Part shown: positions 54,181 to 64,000 of the stretch, piece by piece
Position numbering within the stretch: the stretch's first letter is position 1
Layout of the letters: each line of letters begins with the position of its first letter
Assembly: GCA_963771325.1 (NCBI GenBank)
Contig: CAVYTJ010000009.1
Span: forward strand, 157,339-221,338
DNA from: an uncultured delta proteobacterium
GTDB lineage: Bacteria; Desulfobacterota; Binatia; Binatales; Binataceae
Length of the DNA stretch: 64,000 nucleotides
Direction: 5' to 3'
Notes under the pieces: model-generated
The model's database searches: none
What the model saw: the letters and a program-made list of their open reading frames with translations, nothing else
What the model was told of the DNA's origin: nothing
Position numbers and translations under genes: made by a program

Positions 54181-54624
54181 TTAGGCCACCGGCCAACCGT
54201 CGGTAATCAGCTTCAAGTCGAGCCGGAGCGCGGCCTCGTTAAGAGCGTTGTCGAAACAGGCGAAGGCGACCGGCGCGCGGACACTAGCCTGCAACAAATC
54301 AGCGGTCGCCAAGTGTACTGCGTCGTAGGCTCTCAAGCGATGCTGTTCAGCCAGCTCCGCGGCCCGGCGCACTGTGGTCACATCCATAGGCAGGCGGTAG
54401 AGTTGGGCCCAATCGCGCTCGAACTCGCGCTTATGCCGTTGCAGGGCGGCGCCATCAACCTGCTCGAGGCGGTACTTCCTGGCTAATGCGGAGCGGGTTT
54501 CGACATAGGCGATAAGGCTGGTGGCGATTTGCTCTGCTTTAGCGACGGCCCGTTGGACTTCTGTCGTGCCAGCCTCTTTGGCGTACAGCTTTACCAGTGC
54601 GGAAGTGTCGATATAAAGGATCAC
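54181..54624 (-). CDS. vapC: PIN-domain ribonuclease toxin VapC
   Basis: MILYIDTSALVKLY... conserved acidic residues (D6, E, D...D) of the PIN fold. 4-nt overlap with the upstream antitoxin gene. Confidence 0.8.
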   Translation of the reverse strand: MILYIDTSALVKLYAKEAGTTEVQRAVAKAEQIATSLIAYVETRSALARKYRLEQVDGAALQRHKREFERDWAQLYRLPMDVTTVRRAAELAEQHRLRAYDAVHLATADLLQASVRAPVAFACFDNALNEAALRLDLKLITDGWPVA

Positions 54625-54911
54625 CTGCGATCCTCGAGCACCAGCTCTGCCAGCGTTTTCTGACCCTTGCCGATCACGATTGGCCGTGCAGATCCGCGCG
54701 GCTTGCCGCCTTCGCCCGGGACCAAACCGGGTATCAACCGCAGCCGGCGCTTCGATTCCGCAGGTGGCAGTTCGCCATTCGCCGTTTCGGAGATGGCCAA
54801 CAGGCGCGCGACCGGACGGCCGCGCGACGTGATGACTACGTCCTCACCGGCGCGGGCGCGCTCCAGGTATTGAGAGAGCCGCGCCTTTAAATCGCGTACG
54901 GATGCTTTCAT
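54621..54911 (-). CDS. Phd/YefM-family antitoxin (VapB-type partner)
   Basis: MKASVRDLKARLSQYLERARAGEDVVITSRGRPVARLL; Phd/YefM N-terminal fold. Confidence 0.75.
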   Translation of the reverse strand: MKASVRDLKARLSQYLERARAGEDVVITSRGRPVARLLAISETANGELPPAESKRRLRLIPGLVPGEGGKPRGSARPIVIGKGQKTLAELVLEDRR

Positions 54912-54978
54912 GCGACCACATTTTACTCCATGTGGTCACATTCGTCGAGTCCGTCGGTTACTCCCGGTATCAGGTGTA

Positions 54979-55725
54979 TCAATCGCCGGAGTTGATGATT
55001 TCGACCTTGCCGCTTTCCAGGTTGTAGCGGGCGCCGACGATTTTCAGGCTGCCGTCCGCGACGCGTTTCTGAAACAGCGGCGAACGCTCCAGGATTTTCA
55101 CCTGATCGGTCACGTTCAAATCGATCGCGCTGGATTCGAGGTTGTCGCCACCCTTGCGCCGCGCCTGCTCGACCGCCGGGCAGATGTTGGCGAAGATTTC
55201 GGGCAGTCCGGCCGCGGGCTTGCCCACGCACTCGGTGAGCGCGCCTTTGACCGCGCCGCAACTCTCGTGACCTAGCACCATGATCAGATTGGTCCCCAGG
55301 TGACCGACCGCGTAATCAATACTTTCGAGGCCCGCGCGAGTGACCGTGTTGCCCGCCAGACGCACCACGAAAAGACCGCCGAGCCCCTGGTCGAAGATCA
55401 GCTCCGGCGGCACGCGCGAGTCCGAACACGACAGGATGACCGCGAACGGCGATTGGCCGCCGACAAGCTCCGAGCGCCGTTTGGCGTGAAGGTGGGGATG
55501 GCCGTTTGCGTCGCGCTGGAAGCGCTGGTTGCCTTCGACCAGTTGCGCGAGGGCTTGAGCGGGAGTCATCGCCGGAGCGCCCGCGTCCGCGGCCGCGTAG
55601 ACCGCCGAGAGTTGCGTGGTTCCACAGGTCAAAAGCGTGGCGATCATGACCGCAAACGTCAATCGTATGGTGTGGATGCGTATGGTGCGGATGCGTATTC
55701 TGTGGACGGTGTGCATTGGGCGCAT
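54979..55725 (-). CDS. Beta-class carbonic anhydrase with a lipoprotein-type signal peptide
   Basis: Start MRPMHTV at complement 55723-55725 with GGAGGGGAA RBS. The n-region HRIRIRTIRIHTIR is encoded by three 15-bp tandem repeats (55664-55708). Lipobox LLTCG. Zinc ligands CSDSRV...HESCG. Confidence 0.8.
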   Translation of the reverse strand: MRPMHTVHRIRIRTIRIHTIRLTFAVMIATLLTCGTTQLSAVYAAADAGAPAMTPAQALAQLVEGNQRFQRDANGHPHLHAKRRSELVGGQSPFAVILSCSDSRVPPELIFDQGLGGLFVVRLAGNTVTRAGLESIDYAVGHLGTNLIMVLGHESCGAVKGALTECVGKPAAGLPEIFANICPAVEQARRKGGDNLESSAIDLNVTDQVKILERSPLFQKRVADGSLKIVGARYNLESGKVEIINSGD

Positions 55726-55837
55726 CGGATGTTCCCCTCCTTCATCGGCGCGCGCAAGTTTATCATCATCGTTGACCGATTGAAGCGCCGGCCGTGCCCG
55801 CATTGACAGCGGTGTATCGCTTGGCAACTAAGTAGAT

Positions 55838-56329
55838 ATGCGTCGTGCGAGGATTTTCGCTTCGGCAGGATTGGCGATCGTGATGGCTCTTGGCGCCGCC
55901 GGATGTCTTTCCGATGCGATCAAGCAGAACCAGCAGCAACTCGATCAGCAAAAAGCCGAACTGGATCAGCTCAAGCAGCAGGTCGCGGATCTAAAGGCCG
56001 CCCAGCAGCCGTCGTATCCTACCACCGCGCCGCCGCCGGGCTCGTGCGACAAGGACGTGATGCAGGTGGCGACCAGGCACGGCGGGGAGCGGTTTGCGGC
56101 GAGCGAATTCACCAAGGCGCTCGGCTATTACCAGGACGCGATCACCGCATGTCCGACCAGCGCTCAGGCCGAGCTCAACGTCGCGCGCACGTACGAGGCG
56201 CTGGGCGATCGAGACCAGGCGATGGACTTTTACAAGCGCGCGATCCAGTCCGCGCCGTCCGACCACGACGCCGCTCCCGGCGTTTCAGCGCAGGCGCAAC
56301 AGGCGCTGGCGCGGCTGACCGCGAAGTAG
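55838..56329 (+). CDS. Lipoprotein with coiled-coil and TPR-like region (hypothetical)
   Basis: Signal plus lipobox LGAAGC; QQQLDQQKAELDQLKQQ coiled coil. Confidence 0.5.
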   Translation: MRRARIFASAGLAIVMALGAAGCLSDAIKQNQQQLDQQKAELDQLKQQVADLKAAQQPSYPTTAPPPGSCDKDVMQVATRHGGERFAASEFTKALGYYQDAITACPTSAQAELNVARTYEALGDRDQAMDFYKRAIQSAPSDHDAAPGVSAQAQQALARLTAK

Positions 56330-56380
56330 CGCGCGCCGATGCGATTTTAACTGGCTGGCACAACCGAATCCGGGCGAAGG

Positions 56381-57187
56381 ATGGAGGCTCTCTTGAAGGA
56401 CGTATTCAGCGTCGAAGGCAAGGTCACAATCGTAACCGGCGGCGGCACCGGAATCGGCGCCGTGATCGCGCGCGAGTTCGCGCTGCGCGGAGCGCCGGTG
56501 CTGGTCGCAAGCCGCAACGCCGGCCACCTCGAGCCCGTGCGCGACGCGATCCGCAAGGCCGGTGGCAAGTGCGAGATGGCGGTGTGCGACGTGCGCAACG
56601 CCGAGTCGTGCGACGCGCTGGTGGCCGAGGCAGTCAAGCACTTCGGCCGGCTCGACGTGATGATCAACAACCACGGCGCGAGCATCGCGGCGCCCAGCCT
56701 CAAGCTCTCGCCCAATGGCTGGCGCGCGGTGGTCTCGATCAATCTCGACGGCGTGTTCTTCTGCTCCAAGGCGGCCGCCCGCCAGTTCGTCGAGCAGAAG
56801 AGCCCCGGCGCCATCATCAACCTGTCCTCGACCGCCGGCGTTCATGGTTCGGCCACGATGCTGCCCTACGCGGCGTCCAAGGCCGGCGTGATCAAGCTCA
56901 CCGAGTCGCAGGCGGCGGAATGGGGCCATCTGGGCATCCGCGTCAACTGTATCGCGCCCGGCCCGGTGACCACCGAGGGCGCCGCCGAACGTATCTGGCC
57001 CAACGAGAAGGTCAAGGCGGCGATGCTGCTGTCACGCGCGCTGCAACGCTTCGGCACCTGCGAGGAAATCGCCTACCCGTGCATCTTCCTTGCCTCCGAC
57101 GCGGCGAGCTTCATCACAGGCGCTCTGCTAATCGCCGACGGCGGCAATCTGCGCTACGGCGACGCGCTACAGGTTCTGCCCGAGTAA
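56381..57187 (+). CDS. Short-chain dehydrogenase/reductase (SDR) family oxidoreductase
   Basis: TGGGTGIG cofactor motif; catalytic S...YAASKAG. Confidence 0.9.
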   Translation: MEALLKDVFSVEGKVTIVTGGGTGIGAVIAREFALRGAPVLVASRNAGHLEPVRDAIRKAGGKCEMAVCDVRNAESCDALVAEAVKHFGRLDVMINNHGASIAAPSLKLSPNGWRAVVSINLDGVFFCSKAAARQFVEQKSPGAIINLSSTAGVHGSATMLPYAASKAGVIKLTESQAAEWGHLGIRVNCIAPGPVTTEGAAERIWPNEKVKAAMLLSRALQRFGTCEEIAYPCIFLASDAASFITGALLIADGGNLRYGDALQVLPE

Positions 57188-57304
57188 CGGTGAGGCACGC
57201 GGGGGCGGGCGGGTAAGGCAGCGCGGCGCTTGTCGCAGCGCGGCGCGCCGTGGTATCCGAAATCGCGCGGACGGATTCGAGCTGCCACGAAGGGATAGAG
57301 AAAC

Positions 57305-58435
57305 TTGGATTTCGGATTCAGCGAAGAGCAGGAGATGCTGCGCCAGAGCGCGCGCTCGCTGCTCGAGCGCGAATGTCCCTCGGCGCACGTGCGCCAGATG
57401 ATGGACGACGAGCGCGGATACTCACCGGAGTTGTGGCGCAAGATTGCCGGCCTCGGATGGCTCGGTCTGGTGCTGCCCGAGGAGCATGGCGGCGCCGGAC
57501 TCAACTATGTCGATTTGGTGGTGGTGGCCGAGGAAATGGGCCGCGTCCTGCTGCCGTCGCCATTCATCTGGACGCTGATGTTTGCCGAGGCGATAAACCG
57601 CGCCGGCTCCGAGGAGCAGAAGGGTCGCTTCCTGCCGGCGATCGCGCGCGGCGAACTGATCGCCACGCCCGCCCATCTGGAGGCGAAGGGAAGCTGGGAA
57701 GAGAGCGGCATCGCGATGGCCGCGCGCAAAAGCGGCGCCGGCTTCGTGCTCGAAGGCGATAAATTGTTCGTCAACGACGCGCATATCGCCGACTTTTTCC
57801 TGGTCGCGGCGCGCACCGGTGGCAAACGCGGCGGCGGCGTTACGCTGTTCGCGATCGACGCGAAGCGCCCAGGTATCACGGTGACGCCGCTCAAAACGAT
57901 GGATCAGACGCGCAAGCTCGGCGCGGTCTCGATGCGCGGCGTGAAGGCGTCGGCGGCCGACGTCGTGGGCGAGGTCAACAATGGATGGCCAGTGCTGGAG
58001 GCCGCAATCGATCGCGCGAAGGTGGCGCTCGCGGCCGAGATGATGGGCGGGGCGCAAAAGGTGCTCGAGACCACGGTCGAGTACACCAAGGTGCGCGAGC
58101 AATTCGGCCGCCCGATCGGCAGCTTCCAGGCCGTCCAGCACAAGTGCGCGAACATGATGGTCGACGTCGAAGGGGCGAAATCCGCCGTCTACTACGCCGC
58201 GTGGGCGGTCAGCAACGACGCGGCCGACGCCAGGACCGCCGCGGCGGTTGCCAAGGCCGCCGCCTCCGACGCTTACCGGCGCACCGCCGCCGACGGCATC
58301 CAGGTCCACGGCGGGATCGGCTTCACCTGGGAGCACGACATGCATCTTTACTTCAAGCGCGCCAAGTCCTCGGAGTTCACCTTCGGCGACGCCAATTTCA
58401 ACCGCGAGATCGTGGCGCAATTGATCGGCTTATAA
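57305..58435 (+). CDS. Acyl-CoA dehydrogenase
   Basis: 376 aa; ACAD N/M/C domains; C-terminal catalytic-base region ...GGIGFTWEHDMHLYFKRA. Confidence 0.9.
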   Translation: MDFGFSEEQEMLRQSARSLLERECPSAHVRQMMDDERGYSPELWRKIAGLGWLGLVLPEEHGGAGLNYVDLVVVAEEMGRVLLPSPFIWTLMFAEAINRAGSEEQKGRFLPAIARGELIATPAHLEAKGSWEESGIAMAARKSGAGFVLEGDKLFVNDAHIADFFLVAARTGGKRGGGVTLFAIDAKRPGITVTPLKTMDQTRKLGAVSMRGVKASAADVVGEVNNGWPVLEAAIDRAKVALAAEMMGGAQKVLETTVEYTKVREQFGRPIGSFQAVQHKCANMMVDVEGAKSAVYYAAWAVSNDAADARTAAAVAKAAASDAYRRTAADGIQVHGGIGFTWEHDMHLYFKRAKSSEFTFGDANFNREIVAQLIGL

Positions 58436-58511
58436 AATTGATCGGTTTATAAATTGATAGCGACGGGGCGGCGCGCGTCCGCGCGGGCCGCCCGAGGAGA
58501 GTGCTTCGGCG

Positions 58512-58970
58512 ATGGTGGACAAAAGCATAGTCGGTAAAACCGGCAAACCGTTCTCGATGCCGATCGAATGGAGCAAGGTGCGCGAGTTCGCCCGCGCGGT
58601 TCGCGATCCCAATCCGGTCTATTTCGATCCCGAGCTGGCCAAGAAGGAATGCGGCGGGATTCCAATACCGGTCACCTTTCTCCAGACCAGCGCGTTCTGG
58701 CAGACCGCCGAGTCGATGCCGCCGCTCGACATGTTCGACATGCGGCGAATTCTGCACGGCGAGCAGGAGTTCGAGTTCTTCAAGCCGATCCTCGTGGGCG
58801 ACACCTTGACCGGCATCGCACGCGTCGCCGACATCTACGAAAAAGAAGGCGGGCGCGGCGGCAAGATGACTTTCCTGGCGGTCGAAACGACCTACACCAA
58901 TCAAAAGAACGAGAAAGTCGCGCTCTCGCGCTTCGTGCTGGTCGAGACCGGCCAGGCAGTGGGCGGCTGA
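58512..58970 (+). CDS. MaoC-like hotdog-fold protein (N-terminal-type dehydratase subunit; ChsH1/FAS1-like)
   Basis: 152 aa hotdog fold lacking the canonical hydratase catalytic motif. Directly upstream of a MaoC dehydratase gene. Confidence 0.65.
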   Translation: MVDKSIVGKTGKPFSMPIEWSKVREFARAVRDPNPVYFDPELAKKECGGIPIPVTFLQTSAFWQTAESMPPLDMFDMRRILHGEQEFEFFKPILVGDTLTGIARVADIYEKEGGRGGKMTFLAVETTYTNQKNEKVALSRFVLVETGQAVGG

Positions 58971-59031
58971 GCCGAGTGGACAGCCGATCGGAAATGCGCG
59001 TAAAAAAATTCACATCAGGATGAGGCGGCAC

Positions 59032-59454
59032 ATGGCATCGAAACTGAAATACGACACGATAAAAGTTGGCGACTCGATTCCCACGATCAAAATAGACAAC
59101 GTCTCGCGCCCCGATTTCGTCCGCTACGCGGGCGCGTCGGGCGATTTCGTCCCGCTGCACTACGATCAGACTTTCGTCGAGGCGGCCGGTATTCCGACCG
59201 TGTTCGCGCAGGGGATGTGGACGGCTGGATGTCTTTCGCGATGCCTGACGGATTTTGCCGGCGCCGGCCAGGTCCGCCACTTCAAGGTGCGCTTCGCGCG
59301 GCAGGTATGGCCGGGCGATACGCTGACCTGCCGCGGCACGGTGACCGCCAAGAACGAAGCCAACGGCGAAAAACTGGTCGAAGGCGAGCTTGAAGTGGTC
59401 AACCAGAAGGGCGAGGCCACGGTCAAAGGCGCATTCCGGGTTGCCGCGGCGTAG
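59032..59454 (+). CDS. MaoC-family (R)-specific enoyl-CoA hydratase/dehydratase
   Basis: Start MASKLKYD (GAGG RBS); hydratase motif region VPLHYDQTFVEAAGIPTVFAQGMW. Confidence 0.75.
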   Translation: MASKLKYDTIKVGDSIPTIKIDNVSRPDFVRYAGASGDFVPLHYDQTFVEAAGIPTVFAQGMWTAGCLSRCLTDFAGAGQVRHFKVRFARQVWPGDTLTCRGTVTAKNEANGEKLVEGELEVVNQKGEATVKGAFRVAAA

Positions 59455-59512
59455 CCGTTCGCTCGATCCCACTGTGGCGCGCGGGGCGCGCAAAACCTAA
59501 ACTTGGAGTGCG

Positions 59513-60970
59513 ATGTCCGAACCGCGCTATGTCATCATTCACGGCCATTTTTACCAGCCGCCGCGTGAAAGCCCATGGACCGGACTCATCAGTCCCGAGC
59601 CCGGCGCCGCGCCATTCCCGAACTGGAACGAGAAAATCCTAAGCGAGTGCTATATCGCCAACGGTCGCGCGCACATCATGGACGGGCGCGTGGCCCATAT
59701 CCGCAACAATTACGCCGCGCTCAACTTTGACTTCGGCCCGACGCTGATTAGCTGGCTGGAGCGCCATGGCGCGCATGCCTACCGCGCGATCCGTCACGGC
59801 GACCAGCAGAGCGTTGCGGAGCGCGGCGGACATGGCAACGCGATCGCGCAATCCTACAACCATTCGATCCTGCCGCTGCTGCGCCCGCGCGACCGCGCGT
59901 TGCAAATCGCCTGGGGGATCGAGGATTTCGTCGCGCGCTTCAAACGCCGGCCCGAAGGGATGTGGCTGCCGGAATGCGCCGCCGATCACGACACGCTCCG
60001 CGACGTCGCGGCGGCCGGAATGAAATTCATCATCCTGGCGCCCGAGCAGGGCACGTTTCGCGGCGCGGGGGCGGGACGCCGCGGCGCGGGACCGTTCATC
60101 TGGCGCTCGGAATCGCTGAGCCTCGCGGTCTTTCGTTTCGACCGCGATCTTTCGCGCGCGGTTTCTTTCGACAACGGCCTGAAAGATGGCCGCGAGCTGG
60201 CGAATTCGATCGCCGAAGCGGCGGCGCAGATCGAGCCCGGCGAGGTCGTGATGATCGCGACCGACGGCGAGACCTTCGGCCATCACAAGCGCCACGGCGA
60301 CGCCGAGCTGGCGCGCGCGATCGACGCGCTGGAGCTGCGCGAAGACGTGCGGCTCACCAACTGCGCCGAGTACCTGGCGCTCTTCCCGGCGGGCGCGGGC
60401 AGTTTCGAGATCGACGCGCCGAGTTCATGGAGCTGTCCGCACGGGGTCGAACGATGGCGCGCGGCGTGCGGCTGCCGGATGGATTCGGCGACGCATCAGG
60501 ATTGGCGCGGACCGCTGCGCGAGGCGATGGACTTCGTGAACAATCATGCCACGGCGGTTTACGAGCGTTTCGCGCCGCCGCTGGTTGACGACGCCGCGGC
60601 CGCGCTCCTCGAATCGATCCGGCTGGCGATCGACGCCAACCCGGCGCTGGCCGAGGAATTTTTCGTCCATCATCGCGTAACCTCCGAGGCCAGCCGGGAG
60701 AGCCTGATGCGCCTGTTCGAGATGGAGCGCGCGGCCCAGGCGGCGCTGACCAGTTGCGCGTGGTTCTTCGACGACTTCGGCGGGCCCGAGGGGCGCGTGG
60801 TGCTGCGATGGGCCGCGCGCGCGGTCGAGCTCGCTGCGGAGTTCACGCTCAGCGTCGAATCCGAGCTGCTGGAGCGGCTGCGCCAGATTCGCTCCAACCG
60901 CCGCGAGATCGGCGACGCCGCCACGCTATACTTGAGCCTCAAGACACGCGAAGCACGCGGGAGGGTATGA
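59513..60970 (+). CDS. Glycoside hydrolase family 57 protein (with DUF3536-type C-terminal region)
   Basis: N-terminus [14 protein letters not shown] is the GH57 signature; catalytic region ...WLPECA... Confidence 0.75.
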   Translation: MSEPRYVIIHGHFYQPPRESPWTGLISPEPGAAPFPNWNEKILSECYIANGRAHIMDGRVAHIRNNYAALNFDFGPTLISWLERHGAHAYRAIRHGDQQSVAERGGHGNAIAQSYNHSILPLLRPRDRALQIAWGIEDFVARFKRRPEGMWLPECAADHDTLRDVAAAGMKFIILAPEQGTFRGAGAGRRGAGPFIWRSESLSLAVFRFDRDLSRAVSFDNGLKDGRELANSIAEAAAQIEPGEVVMIATDGETFGHHKRHGDAELARAIDALELREDVRLTNCAEYLALFPAGAGSFEIDAPSSWSCPHGVERWRAACGCRMDSATHQDWRGPLREAMDFVNNHATAVYERFAPPLVDDAAAALLESIRLAIDANPALAEEFFVHHRVTSEASRESLMRLFEMERAAQAALTSCAWFFDDFGGPEGRVVLRWAARAVELAAEFTLSVESELLERLRQIRSNRREIGDAATLYLSLKTREARGRV

Positions 60971-60975
60971 TTGCC

Positions 60976-62934
<1,959 letters not shown>

Positions 62935-63048
62935 CGCGAAAGGGGCCGCGCGTTTGGTCCGGAACAGACGCAGGTCATTAGGAGGCTCCGAGGTAGGAAT
63001 TATTGAAGGCAGGTCGCCAGGTAATTCTCCTAAACTACGAACCAGTAT

Positions 63049-64000
63049 CTACATCGGTATGAGCCTGTTTGTCTCAGACAAGCGCAAGCGCACAAACGGT
63101 CTCGCTTCATTCGGAATGTTACCATCAGCGACTATTATCTGCAGCTGTTCGCCAATTTCCTCCGAGACTTCGATGAGGTAGTCAAAGGCTTTGTGGATCC
63201 GCCGTAAGTCGAAGCCTTCATGACCAACATTGCTGGTGAGTCCATCTATCAAAAGAATATTTGGGAGATTCAAACCTAAGTCCAGTGATGTCTTCTGTTG
63301 AGCGAGTGCATATGCCACATTGACTAATACAGTGAGCCCCAAAGAGCTAAGACTGTCGAAGGTGCGACCGTAGACAATTGGTAGATAGGTTTTTCGATCG
63401 ATTGAGGCCTCAAACTCCTTCGAGAAACGGGGAACTTCCAACCGTTGCAATATATCCGAAAAGGTCTTTTCGAGATGCTTTATTCTTTGCTCAACCGAAC
63501 TGCGCTCGCTGCTCGCAGCCGCAAGATGAGCCTCTATCTGAGCCTTCTCGGACCCCAAGCGTGCCTGTTCGCCCATCACTTCATCGAGCTTCTCGTAGAG
63601 TCGCAGATAATCATGAAAGCGCGTAATGCTCTCTGTGATAGCTGAACGTTTTGCGGCTCGATCGGCAATCAATGCCGCCGTATCCGAGACATAGCTTCGG
63701 GTTTCAAAGTCTAGCTCACGGCCTAATTCCGATCGGCGCGTCTCCAACTGTATAAGCTGGCGGGAAAGGTTACGATCCGCTTCCTCGTGGCGAGTAATCA
63801 AGTCTTTCGTTTCCGTTAATTGCGACTCCAGCCGATCTTGCTCAGCGACAAGGGTGACGCGGTTGGCCTGGGGAGTTGGCTCCTGCATGCAAAGCATACA
63901 TACATCGTCAGATCCCCCTTTCGGGACGCACCGGCGTGCCGCAACGCGGACAGACGACGAATTCAAAATCCGTGAGATACTTGCCTGCCACAATCGCCCT
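63049..64000 (-). CDS. Partial (N-terminus beyond window end) zinc-ribbon / long coiled-coil / SMC-RecN-like C-terminal-domain protein in a low-GC (about 50%) segment; probable 1-nt frameshift at 63911-63922
   Basis: C-terminal region ...LPIVYGRTFDSLSSLGLTVLVNVAYALAQ...LPNILLIDGLTSNVGHE resembles a degenerate signature/Walker-B/D-loop of SMC-like ATPases. A CPRCGTPV...(frameshift)...DDVCMLCM four-Cys ribbon precedes about 170 aa of coiled coil. Confidence 0.4.
   Translation of the reverse strand, partial: GRLWQASISRILNSSSVRVAARRCVPKGGSDDVCMLCMQEPTPQANRVTLVAEQDRLESQLTETKDLITRHEEADRNLSRQLIQLETRRSELGRELDFETRSYVSDTAALIADRAAKRSAITESITRFHDYLRLYEKLDEVMGEQARLGSEKAQIEAHLAAASSERSSVEQRIKHLEKTFSDILQRLEVPRFSKEFEASIDRKTYLPIVYGRTFDSLSSLGLTVLVNVAYALAQQKTSLDLGLNLPNILLIDGLTSNVGHEGFDLRRIHKAFDYLIEVSEEIGEQLQIIVADGNIPNEARPFVRLRLSETNRLIPM

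Overview
The window is a high-GC (about 65-70%) chromosomal segment from an uncultured-type Gram-negative bacterium; deltaproteobacterial / Binatia-like is a guess. It is densely coded on both strands and has no rRNA, tRNA or CRISPR.

Main content, in order:
- An L-Ara4N lipid A modification (arn) gene set: arnD (frameshifted), an adjacent murF, arnT, arnC, and arnA split into separate formyltransferase and decarboxylase genes. A RodZ-like gene and purE lie among them.
- A sulfur / methanethiol island: an ArsB/NhaD permease, a persulfide-dioxygenase-rhodanese fusion, a lipoprotein-GT2 reading frame, an OmpR/HK two-component system, a His/Met-rich membrane protein, an SBP56 selenium-binding / methanethiol-oxidase homologue, and a divergent DoxX gene.
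- A BolA-Grx4 pair next to a prokaryotic Kir-type K+ channel.
- A Rieske oxygenase / reductase / FAD-monooxygenase / thiolase set, with a second beta-oxidation-like set (SDR, acyl-CoA dehydrogenase, two MaoC hotdog genes) later in the window.
- thiI and a CoA-pyrophosphatase Nudix gene.
- A roughly 4-kb lower-GC accessory patch: DUF1330, a TPR protein, a frameshifted Nudix gene, hicBA, an orphan serpin C-terminal fragment, and a 190-bp duplication of the hyuB 3' end that includes a 19-bp-stem hairpin.
- An ADH-hyuA-hyuB operon.
- The yggS-proC-yggT-maf block, an epoxide hydrolase, Slt, a 200-bp inverted-repeat (MITE/REP-like) intergenic element, a HAD hydrolase, amgK-murU, an ABC-F ATPase, vapBC, a beta-carbonic anhydrase, a GH57 enzyme and acs.
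- A low-GC 3' edge with a partial zinc-ribbon / coiled-coil SMC-like gene.

At least six genes (arnD, the Nudix hydrolase, the ADH, the epoxide hydrolase, the ABC-F ATPase tail and the 3'-edge gene) show single-base frameshifts, several in G/C runs. This points to either consensus indel errors or unusual pseudogenisation. Several signal-peptide or tail regions contain 12/15/18-bp in-frame tandem repeats.
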